DNA of 64,000 nucleotides from an uncultured Clostridium sp. (GCA_900551615.1 URWN01000003.1:2812-66811), one strand, 5' to 3'. Counted from the stretch's first letter, positions 39,649 to 51,764 are shown. Notes: generated from the letters alone by a model not told the origin. Program-made: numbers and translations.

Positions 39649-40986
39649 ATGAGTAAAGTAGTAAGATTTGTAACATTAGGATGTAAAGTAAATCAATATG
39701 AGACAAATGCAATGGCACAAAAATTTCTAGAAAAAGGATATAAAATAATAGAAGAAATAACACCAGAAAATGAGCATATAAATCCTGATATATGTATAAT
39801 AAATACATGTACTGTAACAAATATGTCAGACAGAAAATCAAGACAAATGCTAAGAAGAATGAAAGAAAAAAATCAAAATACAATAGTAGTTGCAGTTGGA
39901 TGTTATGCACAAGTTGCAAAAGAGGAATTAGCAAAAATTCCGGAAATTGATTTAGTTCTAGGAAATAATGAAAAAGTAGAAATTGTAAAATATGTAGAAG
40001 AGTACCTAAATAATCATATAGATAATATAAAACTTGATGATGTAATGTATTCAAAGGAATTTTCTGATTTTGGAGATGTAACATATACAGAAAAAACTAG
40101 AGCAGTTATTAAAATTCAAGATGGATGTGATAGATTTTGTTCATATTGCATAATACCATATGCTAGAGGAAGAGTAAGAAGTAGGAAACCAGAAAGTATA
40201 TTGTCAGAAATAACACAAATAGCATCAAAAGGAATAAAAGAAGTTGTAATAACAGGGATTCACATAGCGTCATATGGAAAAGACTTTGCAATGAGCAAAG
40301 ATTCAAAATTAGAAAATTATAGATTAATAGATTTATTAGAAGAAATAAATGAAATCAAAGGAATAGAAAGAATACGATTAGGTTCAATAGAGCCATTACT
40401 TATAACAGAAGAATTTGTAGGAAGACTAAAAAAATTGGAAAAAATATGTCATCATTTTCATTTATCATTACAAAGTGGATGTGATGAAACTTTAAAAAGA
40501 ATGAATAGAAGATATACTATTGAACAATTTAAAGAAATTGTAAAAATATTACGAAAAACATATGATGATGTTAATTTAACAACAGATATAATAGTAGGTT
40601 TTCCAGGTGAAACAGAAGAAGAATTTAACAAAACATATCAATTTTTGGAAGAAATCAAATTTTATAAAATGCATGTATTTAAATATTCACCACGAAAAGG
40701 GACAAAAGCTGCAGTGATGCCAAATCAAATAGCTGGGAATATAAAAGAAGAAAGAAGTAAAAGATTAATAGAACTATCAGATAAAAATGAAATGGAGTAT
40801 AATGAATCATATATTGGAAAGAAAGTAGAAGTATTATTTGAAGAAGAAAAATCAGAAACATATAAAGGACATACACAAAATTATATAATGGTACACTGCA
40901 AATCTGATAAAAATCTTGATAATAAAATAGTTAAGGTAATATGCAAAAAAGCAGAAAAAGAACATATTGAAAGTGAAGTTTTATAA
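39649..40986 (+). CDS. mtaB: Radical-SAM methylthiotransferase MtaB (MiaB-like)
   Basis: N-terminal FVTLGCKVNQYE, radical SAM CDRFCSYC, C-terminal TRAM-like domain. Confidence 0.88.
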   Translation: MSKVVRFVTLGCKVNQYETNAMAQKFLEKGYKIIEEITPENEHINPDICIINTCTVTNMSDRKSRQMLRRMKEKNQNTIVVAVGCYAQVAKEELAKIPEIDLVLGNNEKVEIVKYVEEYLNNHIDNIKLDDVMYSKEFSDFGDVTYTEKTRAVIKIQDGCDRFCSYCIIPYARGRVRSRKPESILSEITQIASKGIKEVVITGIHIASYGKDFAMSKDSKLENYRLIDLLEEINEIKGIERIRLGSIEPLLITEEFVGRLKKLEKICHHFHLSLQSGCDETLKRMNRRYTIEQFKEIVKILRKTYDDVNLTTDIIVGFPGETEEEFNKTYQFLEEIKFYKMHVFKYSPRKGTKAAVMPNQIAGNIKEERSKRLIELSDKNEMEYNESYIGKKVEVLFEEEKSETYKGHTQNYIMVHCKSDKNLDNKIVKVICKKAEKEHIESEVL

Positions 40987-40995
40987 AATAGGAAA

Positions 40996-41024
40996 ATGTA
41001 ACAAAAATGTAATATTTATGTAAT
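40996..41024 (+). repeat. Three 11-bp-phased ATGTAAC/ATGTAAT units
   Basis: ATGTAAC (40996), ATGTAAT (41007), ATGTAAT (41018), upstream of a TTGATA...TATAAA promoter-like pair. Confidence 0.55.
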
Positions 41025-41121
41025 AAAAACTTAATACAAAAAAAGTTTAAAACCCTTGATAAATATTTTTAAATGTAGTATAAAATATGTAGAGATAATT
41101 AATACAAAGGAGGAACTACAG

Positions 41122-41433
41122 ATGGCAGAAATAAATCAAGAAAACGGTGTATTTGGCGGAGTTTCATTTGGAAATGAAGTAAATGAAAATGCTGTTGTTG
41201 AAAATGCAGGAACAATTAGAAATGAAGCATTACCAGCAAAAGTAGGATTTTGGCAAAAATTCAAATCTTTCTGGTTACAAGATATTGATTGGAATAAAGA
41301 AATAAAAGTTGAATTAACACCAGGTCAACAAAAAGTTGAAGATGAAATAAATGAATTTTTACATCAAGAAATCACTTGGGAAAAAGTACATGATTTCTTA
41401 TTCCAAGATATTTCTTTTGGAAAGAAAAAATAA
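41122..41433 (+). CDS. Hypothetical small protein
   Basis: AAGGAGG precedes ATG 41122. 103 aa, Trp-rich C-terminal half. No family recognised. Confidence 0.5.
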   Translation: MAEINQENGVFGGVSFGNEVNENAVVENAGTIRNEALPAKVGFWQKFKSFWLQDIDWNKEIKVELTPGQQKVEDEINEFLHQEITWEKVHDFLFQDISFGKKK

Positions 41434-41446
41434 TTTAGGCTAATTG

Positions 41447-41475
41447 TGTCCAAAAGGGACGGTTCTTTTTGGACA
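41447..41475 (-). repeat. REP-like palindromic repeat, subfamily A (perfect)
   Basis: TGTCCAAAAGGGACGGTTCTTTTTGGACA. Confidence 0.9.
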
Positions 41476-41524
41476 TTTTATTATTTATAAGTAATATAAA
41501 TAATGTGAATTTTTTGTAAAAATT

Positions 41525-41569
41525 AAAAAAAGTATAGCACATCAATAAAAAATGTGTTATACTTTTTTT
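41525..41569 (+). terminator. Rho-independent terminator
   Basis: AAAAAAGTATAGCACAT ... ATGTGTTATACTTTTTT long stem with a T-run. Confidence 0.7.
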
Positions 41570-41633
41570 GTTTAATTGCTATTTTTGGGGGAAAATAGAA
41601 AATATTTAAAATAAAAATTAAAGGAGTGATTTT

Positions 41634-42467
41634 TTGCCTAGAATAGCGAGAATGTATAGTGAGTTAAAGGTTTATCATATAATAATACGAGGAATTGATA
41701 AACAAGACATATTTTTAGATACATATGATAAAGATAAATTTTTAAAGATAATACGTGATACAAAAGAAAAATATAATTATGAAGTTTATGCATATTGTTT
41801 AATGGATAATCATGTTCATTTGATAATCTATGATAAGGATGAAAAGATTTCAAAAATAATGCAAAGTATAGAAATAAGATATGTATCATATTTTAATCTT
41901 AAATATGATAGAGTGGGACATTTATTTCAAGATAGATTTCATAGTAAAAGAATAGGAGATAGAGAATACTTAAAGTTGGCTTGTAGATATATTCATCAAA
42001 ATCCGGCAAAAGCAGGCATAGCAAAGACAGAAGAATATAAGTGGAGTAGTTATAAAGAATATATTAAAACTCCTGAAATAATAAATAATAAACTTCTATT
42101 ATTAGTTTTTTCTAAAGATGAAAATGTTGCAAAACAAGAATTTATAAGGTTTCATAATGTAAATGCTAATGAAGATAAGAAAACAGAAATTACAAACATA
42201 TTGGAATATGAATTAAATGTAAAATTTACAGATGATGAAATTAGAAAATATATTTGTGATTTACTAGAAATAAAAAATGTTTATGATATTTCCAAATATA
42301 ATGCTAAAATAAGAAAAGAGCAGTTATTAAAAATAAAATGTTTGAAGAAAGTTTCTATAAGTCAATTAGCAAGGGTACTAGGAATTAATAGAAAAATAAT
42401 AGAAAGAACGTTAAAAAATGTCCAAAAAGAACCGTCCCTTTTGGACATGGACACAAAAAGGAGGTAG
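41634..42467 (+). CDS. IS200-like HUH/Y1 transposase homolog of the REP-associated tyrosine transposase (RAYT) type, with a C-terminal HTH-like region
   Basis: TTG start 7 nt after AGGAG. YHIIIRG, AYCLMDNHVHLII (HUH), GHLFQDRFHS, ACRYIHQNPAKAGI (catalytic Tyr helix). The last approximately 12 codons are read from a REP copy. Confidence 0.8.
   Translation: MPRIARMYSELKVYHIIIRGIDKQDIFLDTYDKDKFLKIIRDTKEKYNYEVYAYCLMDNHVHLIIYDKDEKISKIMQSIEIRYVSYFNLKYDRVGHLFQDRFHSKRIGDREYLKLACRYIHQNPAKAGIAKTEEYKWSSYKEYIKTPEIINNKLLLLVFSKDENVAKQEFIRFHNVNANEDKKTEITNILEYELNVKFTDDEIRKYICDLLEIKNVYDISKYNAKIRKEQLLKIKCLKKVSISQLARVLGINRKIIERTLKNVQKEPSLLDMDTKRR
42419..42447 (+). repeat. REP-like palindromic repeat, subfamily A (perfect)
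   Basis: TGTCCAAAAAGAACCGTCCCTTTTGGACA, inside the 3' end of the RAYT-like ORF and 24 nt before the radA GTG. Confidence 0.9.
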
Positions 42468-42470
42468 AAC

Positions 42471-43836
42471 GTGGCAAAGAATAAGACAGTTTTTGTATGT
42501 AATGAATGTGGATATGAATCAGGAAAATGGCTAGGAAAATGCCCTGCGTGTGGTAGTTGGAATACTTTTTTTGAACAAAAAATAGTAGAAAGTAAAAATA
42601 GTTCATTAAAAGCTGAAAAAAATACAAATAATATACCACAAAGACTTGATTCATATGAAGCTAAAGAGACAATAAGGACATCAACAGGTTTTGATGAATT
42701 AGATAGAGTTTTGGGTGGTGGACTTGTAAAGGGTTCATTAATTTTACTAGGAGGAGAGCCTGGAATTGGTAAATCTACTTTAATATTACAGTTATGTGAT
42801 AAAGTAAAAGGAGAAGGACAAGTATTATATGTTTCAGGAGAAGAGTCAGCAGAACAAATAAAATTAAGAGCTGATAGATTGCGGAATTCATAATGAGGAT
42901 ATATTATTTTTAGGTGAGACTGATATTGATATTGTAAACCAAAATATAATAAATTTAAATCCAAAATTAGTAATAATAGATTCAATTCAAACAATGTATT
43001 CAGAAGAAATTTCGGCAGCAGCTGGAAGCGTAAGCCAAGTAAGAGAAATAACATCACAGATAATGAGAGTGTGCAAATCTAGAAATATAACAACAATAAT
43101 TATAGGACATGTAACAAAAGATGGAAACATAGCAGGACCAAGAGTTTTGGAACATATGGTAGATACAGTTTTATATTTAGAAGGAGAAAGATATTTTTCT
43201 TATAGAATATTAAGAGGAGTAAAAAATAGATTTGGTTCTACAAATGAAATAGGTATGTTTGAAATGAAAGGAGAGGGAATGTGCGAAATAACTAATCCTT
43301 CAGATGTATTAATTTCAGAAAGAGAAGATAATCCACCAGGCTCATGTATTGTATCTTGTATGGAAGGTACTAGGTCAATGCTAGTAGAATTGCAAGCATT
43401 AACAACGCAAAGTGTATTTGGATTTCCTAAAAGGACTGCAAATGGTATAGATTATAATAGATTAGCGTTATTGATTGCAGTTTTGGAAAAAAGAGCTGGT
43501 ATGAATTTAGGAAGTCAAGATGTTTATTTAAATGTTGTAGGTGGTTTGAAAATAAATGAGCCTTCTATAGATTTAGGAATTATAATGGTAACCGCATCAA
43601 GCTATAAAAATATTCCAATTGAAAAAAACGTTGCTATAATGGGAGAAGTTGGTCTTACAGGTGAAGTTAGAAGAATTAATATGATAGAAAAAAGATTAAA
43701 AGAAGCGGAAAAATTAGGATTTAAAAAATGCATAATTCCAGAAAGTAATAAAAAAGGCTTGAAAGAAAATTTTAAATTAGATATAATAGGTGTCAAAGAT
43801 GTAAATGAGGCAATGAAAAAATTGGGACTAAAGTAA
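42471..43836 (+). pseudogene. radA: DNA repair protein RadA/Sms, frame broken by an apparent 1-nt insertion near 42881
   Basis: ORF1 has the zinc ribbon CNECGYESGKWLGKCPACGSW and Walker A GGEPGIGKST, and ends ...RADRLRNS*. The +1 frame is open from 42868 and reads GIHNEDILFLGETDIDIV...LVIIDSIQTM into ORF2, which carries KNRFG and the Lon-like C-terminal domain. Confidence 0.7.
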
Positions 43837-43856
43837 TTAAGGACAAAATACCAAAA

Positions 43857-43892
43857 TGTTAAAACTGTTAAAAGTATTAAAAGTATCAAAAG
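43857..43892 (+). repeat. Four 9-bp arm-like tandem units leading into the REP copy
   Basis: TGTTAAAAC TGTTAAAAG TATTAAAAG TATCAAAAG, then TGTCCAAAAAG.... Confidence 0.6.
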
Positions 43893-43921
43893 TGTCCAAA
43901 AAGAACCGTCCCTTTTGGACA
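43893..43921 (+). repeat. REP-like palindromic repeat, subfamily A (perfect)
   Basis: TGTCCAAAAAGAACCGTCCCTTTTGGACA in the radA-disA spacer. Confidence 0.9.
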
Positions 43922-43944
43922 TGCCCCGAAGGGAGGAATAGATT

Positions 43945-45003
43945 TTGACAGCAGATTTGCTTAAATTAATAGCACCTGGAACTCCAATAAGAGATGGGCT
44001 TGAAAATATACTAAGAGCAAAGACAGGGGCTTTATTACTTATAACAGATAATAATGATGTAATAAAGGAAATTGTTGATGGCGGATTTTATATAAATGAA
44101 GAATATACATCTTCAAAATTATATGAATTAGCTAAAATGGATGGAGCAATTGTTTTAAGTGGTGATTTAAAAAGAATTTTATTTGCAAATGCACAACTTA
44201 TACCTTCAAGGGAGATTGAAACAAGAGAAACTGGAACTAGACATAGAACAGCTGAAAGAACTGCAAAACAAACTGGTGAATTGGTAATAAGTATATCTCA
44301 AAGAAGAAATATAATAACAATTTTTAAAGGAGATTTTAGATATATATTAGAGGACACAAATGCTGTTTTAAACAAGGCAAACCAAGGTATTCAAACACTT
44401 GAAAGATATAAAAAAGTATTTGATAATAAACTTGCAATATTAAACGAATATGAATTTAATGATATAGTTACATTAAAAAATGTAATTGATGTAATACAAA
44501 GAGCAGAAATGGTAAGAAGAATTTCTTATGAAATCAAAAATCAAATATATGAACTTGGTGAGGATGGAAGACTTGTAAATATGCAATTACAAGAATTAAT
44601 GGGAGGCTTAGAAAAAGAGGAAGCCTTAATTATAAAAGATTATATAGTTGTAAAGAAATCAACTAAGAATAAAAAAACACCCGAAAAAGTAATAGAAGAA
44701 TTATCAAAAATGCAATATGAGGAGATGACAAGAGAAACTACAATAGCTAAATTGTTAGGATATGATACATTTGATAATTATGATGAAGTTGGTGTATACA
44801 CAAGAGGTTATAGAATTATAAATAAAATACCAAGAATGCCATCAAATATTGTAGAAAATTTAGTAATGTCATTTAAATCATTTCAACATATTTTGGCAGC
44901 TGATATAGAAAGTTTAGATGAAGTTGATGGAATTGGTGAAGTTAGAGCAAGAACAATTAGACAATCTTTAAGAAGGATGCAAGAGCAATTTATATTTGAG
45001 TAA
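43945..45003 (+). CDS. disA: DNA integrity scanning protein DisA (diadenylate cyclase)
   Basis: TTG start after GGGAGG. DAC domain DGAIVL, TGTRHRTAER. C-terminal HhH (VDGIGEVRAR). Conserved radA-disA synteny. Confidence 0.93.
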   Translation: MTADLLKLIAPGTPIRDGLENILRAKTGALLLITDNNDVIKEIVDGGFYINEEYTSSKLYELAKMDGAIVLSGDLKRILFANAQLIPSREIETRETGTRHRTAERTAKQTGELVISISQRRNIITIFKGDFRYILEDTNAVLNKANQGIQTLERYKKVFDNKLAILNEYEFNDIVTLKNVIDVIQRAEMVRRISYEIKNQIYELGEDGRLVNMQLQELMGGLEKEEALIIKDYIVVKKSTKNKKTPEKVIEELSKMQYEEMTRETTIAKLLGYDTFDNYDEVGVYTRGYRIINKIPRMPSNIVENLVMSFKSFQHILAADIESLDEVDGIGEVRARTIRQSLRRMQEQFIFE

Positions 45004-45056
45004 TATTTAAATAAGCAAATATTTTAAAACAAAAATAAGGAGGAACTAAAAGAAAA

Positions 45057-45830
45057 ATGAAAAAAGTTGGAAAAATAATTTGGATAGTAGCGTTAATAGC
45101 TATAATAGTATTAATAGGAGTTGTAGGATTTGGATATTATAAAAAAGCAACATTTACAAGCCAAAATCCTGTAGCAACAATGGAAGTTGAAAACTTTGGA
45201 ACAATCAAAATGGAATTATATCCAGACCAAGCACCAGAAGCGGTTGCCAATTTTATAAAATTGGCAAATAACGGATTTTATGATGGAACAACATTCCATA
45301 GAATTGTAAAAGATTTTATGATTCAAACAGGTTCAAAAGATGGTGATGGTAAAACAGGGGCAAAATTGAGTAATTTAAAAGATGGCGGAGAAAATAAAGA
45401 TTATTCAATAAAAGGTGAGTTTTTAGCAAATGGAGTAACAAATACTATAAAATTTGAAGAAGGAACTGTTGCAATGGCTAGAGCTGATTATACACAGTAT
45501 TCTTCAAACCTAAAAGAAAAATCATATAATTCAGCATGTTCACAATTTTTTATAATGACTAAAGAAAATACAAACTTAAATGGATATTATGCAGCATTTG
45601 GAAAAGTAACAGAAGGAATGGATGTTGTACACAATATAGAAAATGTTGAAGTTAAAGCGACAGAAGGACAAGAAAATACAGAAAATGCTGAAGTGAGTAC
45701 ACCAGTAAATGCTCCAAAAGTTACATCAATAAGAGTTGAAACATTTGGAATTGATTATGGTATGCCAAATACATTAACGCCATTTGATTATACATCTTGG
45801 TTATATAAACAATATGGAATAGGTCAATAA
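45057..45830 (+). CDS. Membrane-anchored cyclophilin-type peptidyl-prolyl isomerase
   Basis: N-terminal TM helix. FHRIVKDFMIQTG, VAMAR, SQFFIM motifs. Confidence 0.85.
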   Translation: MKKVGKIIWIVALIAIIVLIGVVGFGYYKKATFTSQNPVATMEVENFGTIKMELYPDQAPEAVANFIKLANNGFYDGTTFHRIVKDFMIQTGSKDGDGKTGAKLSNLKDGGENKDYSIKGEFLANGVTNTIKFEEGTVAMARADYTQYSSNLKEKSYNSACSQFFIMTKENTNLNGYYAAFGKVTEGMDVVHNIENVEVKATEGQENTENAEVSTPVNAPKVTSIRVETFGIDYGMPNTLTPFDYTSWLYKQYGIGQ

Positions 45831-45836
45831 AATTTC

Positions 45837-45872
45837 TGTCAATAGGGACGCCCCTTTTTGACATTTTTGACA
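45837..45872 (-). repeat. REP-like palindromic repeat, subfamily B, with a duplicated right arm
   Basis: TGTCAATAGGGACGCCCCTTTTTGACA followed by a second TTTTTGACA. Confidence 0.8.
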
Positions 45873-45964
45873 GAAAATTAGCTACAGTTCAGTAAAAATT
45901 AATGTCAAGTAAAAAAATTAGAAAAACACTTGCCAAATAAAAAGGCAAGTGTTAAAATAATAAT

Positions 45965-46014
45965 AGATTAAAAAAAAACCGCATTTGCCGGAAAAATTTT
46001 TTTAATCTTTTTTT
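45965..46014 (+). promoter_or_regulatory. Terminator-like hairpin in the pyrG leader (possible attenuator)
   Basis: AGATTAAAAAAA ... TTTTTTTAATCT stem followed by a T-run, about 55 nt upstream of the pyrG ATG. Confidence 0.3.
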
Positions 46015-46056
46015 ATTTTTAAAAACAAGGCAAAAATGATTTTTTTTATTTTTTAG

Positions 46057-47676
<1,620 letters not shown>

Positions 47677-47795
47677 CTATAATTATGGATAGAAAACTAT
47701 TTGCACTATTGACGATTTACATAATTTGCAAATTGTTTGAAATTATGCTATAATATAAATACAATAAAATTATATATTTATATGGAGGTTTACAT

Positions 47796-48293
47796 ATGAA
47801 AAAGAATCCAAATGATAACTATTATACAACTGACAATGAGATGATTTTGGAGGATGGTGATACTGGAGAGCAGTATATTTTTTTGATAGATAGAAAGAAT
47901 ATGCTAGTTATACGGTCTTTCTTAGAAGAGGATATAAAACCATTCATTTTAAATTATGATGGAGTTACTTCTAAGGAAAGAAGAGAAAAGAAAAGAGTCT
48001 TATATAATGAACTTCCAAAAGAAAATTCTCAATATTCATATTTTGTGATTGAGCAAATTATTGGAAAAACAAATAAAAGGGATGAAAATTCTATATATGG
48101 TTTACCAAGGATACCGATTGGAATGGGAGCTAGATGCAGAGCAACGGCAGTAACTGAAAAACCACAAGATGCCATAGAAATGTATATATTTACAAAATAT
48201 GAGAATCTTGCAGAAGCTGTATCATTTACGCTTAAAAAACTAGCAGACTTTTTTAACATTGAAGGTAATGCACAAATTTATCCAGTAATTTAA
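47796..48293 (+). CDS. Hypothetical protein
   Basis: 165 aa with its own RBS (GGAGG) and a terminator at 48301. No family recognised. Confidence 0.5.
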   Translation: MKKNPNDNYYTTDNEMILEDGDTGEQYIFLIDRKNMLVIRSFLEEDIKPFILNYDGVTSKERREKKRVLYNELPKENSQYSYFVIEQIIGKTNKRDENSIYGLPRIPIGMGARCRATAVTEKPQDAIEMYIFTKYENLAEAVSFTLKKLADFFNIEGNAQIYPVI

Positions 48294-48300
48294 ACTTCAA

Positions 48301-48333
48301 AAAGGACCTAGAGTTATTCTAGGTCCTTTATTA
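48301..48333 (+). terminator. Rho-independent terminator
   Basis: AAAGGACCTAGA / TCTAGGTCCTTT 12-bp stem. Confidence 0.75.
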
Positions 48334-48428
48334 CGAATTATGTCATATAAAGTTATTAATTTTTTAACTAATATTATTTTATGAAAAAGTAATAAAAATG
48401 TTATATAAATAATATAATATAACGTCAA

Positions 48429-48448
48429 ATGTGAATTCTATGTGAATT
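48429..48448 (+). repeat. Two ATGTGAATT motifs phased 11 bp apart upstream of the groES promoter
   Basis: ATGTGAATTCT ATGTGAATT. Confidence 0.5.
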
Positions 48449-48475
48449 TTAGCAAACTCTATTGACAATTGCTAA
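48449..48475 (+). promoter_or_regulatory. CIRCE-like operator 1 (degenerate), overlapping the -35
   Basis: TTAGCAAAC-TCTATTGAC-AATTGCTAA. Confidence 0.6.
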
Positions 48476-48490
48476 AAAAAGGTATAAATT
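48462..48490 (+). promoter_or_regulatory. SigA-type promoter of groESL
   Basis: TTGACA (48462-48467). The -10 is TATAAA at 48483 or TAAATT at 48485. The layout matches the hrcA promoter. Confidence 0.65.
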
Positions 48491-48491
48491 A

Positions 48492-48849
<358 letters not shown>

Positions 48850-48895
48850 AAAATAAATTTTGGGATTGAACTAAAATCTTGAAAAAAGTAAATTA

Positions 48896-50612
<1,717 letters not shown>

Positions 50613-50687
50613 AAAATTATAAAACATGCATGAAAACTGTATTTTAGAAAAATTGTAACAAAAAAAATAAAAATTTTCAAAAAACTC

Positions 50688-50716
50688 TTGACAGTTATAA
50701 AAAAATACATTATAAT
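50688..50716 (+). promoter_or_regulatory. SigA promoter of tRNA-Gly
   Basis: TTGACA, a 17-bp spacer, then TATAAT, about 20 nt upstream of the tRNA 5' end. Confidence 0.7.
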
Positions 50717-50736
50717 TTATAACTGTCAGGAGAAAT

Positions 50737-50810
<74 letters not shown>

Positions 50811-50814
50811 ACTC

Positions 50815-50839
50815 AAACGACTAATATAGTCGTTTTTTT
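50815..50839 (+). terminator. Terminator after the tRNA
   Basis: AAACGACTA-ATA-TAGTCGTTT stem with a T-run. Confidence 0.75.
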
Positions 50840-50932
50840 GTATTTACAAATAAATATCAAAAAATCACCAAAAACAGTTGATATTTTTAGCAAATTAATA
50901 TAAAATCTAGAAAGACAAAAAGGAGGTAACAG

Positions 50933-51592
50933 ATGATAACTTTAAAAGACATAAAAGAAAACAAAGAGCTAGATGCTCTTATAAGAGGAGCACAAAAACA
51001 ATTAAACGCAATAGGGTATACAGAACATGGGCACAGACACATATCAATAGTATCAAAAAGAGCCGGAGATATATTAGAAAAATTAGGATATCCAGAAAGA
51101 ACGGTGGAATTAACAAGAATAGCAGGATATATGCATGATATAGGAAATTGTGTAAACAGAGTAGACCATGCACATACTGGAGCAATACTTGCATACAACA
51201 TTTTAAAAGAAATGGGAATGCCAATAGAAGAAATAACAGAAATAATGATGGCAATAGGAAATCATGATGAAAACACAGGGACAGCAGTAAGTGATATATC
51301 AGCAGCATTAATATTAGCAGACAAATCAGATGTACATAGAGACAGAGTTGTAAATAAAAATTTATCAACATTTGATATACACGATAGAGTAAATTATGCA
51401 GTAACAGATGCAGATTTAATAATGAATGCAGAAGAAAGAAAAATAACATTAAATCTAACAATAGACACAAAAATCAGTCCAGTATTAGATTATTTCGAAA
51501 TATTTATGCAAAGAACAATGATGTGTAAATATGCTGCAAAATATTTAAAAATATGGTTTGAATTAATAATAAATGACACAAAATTATTATAA
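50933..51592 (+). CDS. HD-domain phosphohydrolase
   Basis: HGHRH...YMHDIGN...GNHDE metal-binding pattern. Confidence 0.7.
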   Translation: MITLKDIKENKELDALIRGAQKQLNAIGYTEHGHRHISIVSKRAGDILEKLGYPERTVELTRIAGYMHDIGNCVNRVDHAHTGAILAYNILKEMGMPIEEITEIMMAIGNHDENTGTAVSDISAALILADKSDVHRDRVVNKNLSTFDIHDRVNYAVTDADLIMNAEERKITLNLTIDTKISPVLDYFEIFMQRTMMCKYAAKYLKIWFELIINDTKLL

Positions 51593-51596
51593 TAAA

Positions 51597-51738
51597 TTTT
51601 GGATGAAGAAGAGCAAATTAAAATAAGATTTGGCAGACAAAATTTTTGTTAAAAAATTTTGGATGACGATGAGCAAATTAAAATAAGATTTGGCAGACAA
51701 AATTTTTGTTAAAAAAATTTTGGATGACGATGAGCAAA
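51597..51738 (+). repeat. Tandem direct repeat, 60/61-bp unit, about 2.35 copies
   Basis: Units 51597-51656 and 51657-51717 differ at 2 positions plus 1 extra A. A third partial unit (51718-51738) continues into unique sequence before secD. Confidence 0.9.
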
Positions 51739-51764
51739 CGAAGTGAGCGAAAGGAAATTGAAAA

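Larger units (their letters stand above)
41447..42467 (+). mobile_element. REPtron-like unit: RAYT-like gene bracketed by inverted perfect REP copies
   Basis: A perfect 29-mer at 41447..41475 and its exact reverse complement at 42419..42447 flank the HUH/Y1 gene. Confidence 0.7.

Noticed and set aside
39581-40084. A 167-aa - strand ORF. The same applies to other long antisense ORFs at 32818..33285, 50979..51470, 47 kb and 52 kb.
   Set aside because: They overlap well-supported + strand genes (mtaB, dxs leader/VWA, HD protein, pyrG, secD) and have Leu/Phe/His-rich low-complexity sequences with no RBS.
42362-43057. A 231-aa ORF on the - strand across the RAYT/radA junction.
   Set aside because: It is antisense to radA, with a Leu/Phe-rich nonsense composition, and it includes the repeat-derived MSKRDGSFWTF peptide.
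51597-51738. A sigma-54 or SigA promoter reading of TTGGCAGACAAAATTTTTGTTAAAAAA within each tandem unit.
   Set aside because: The spacing does not fit TGGCAC-N5-TTGC, and the candidate -10 is just an A-run, so there is no support for a promoter call.
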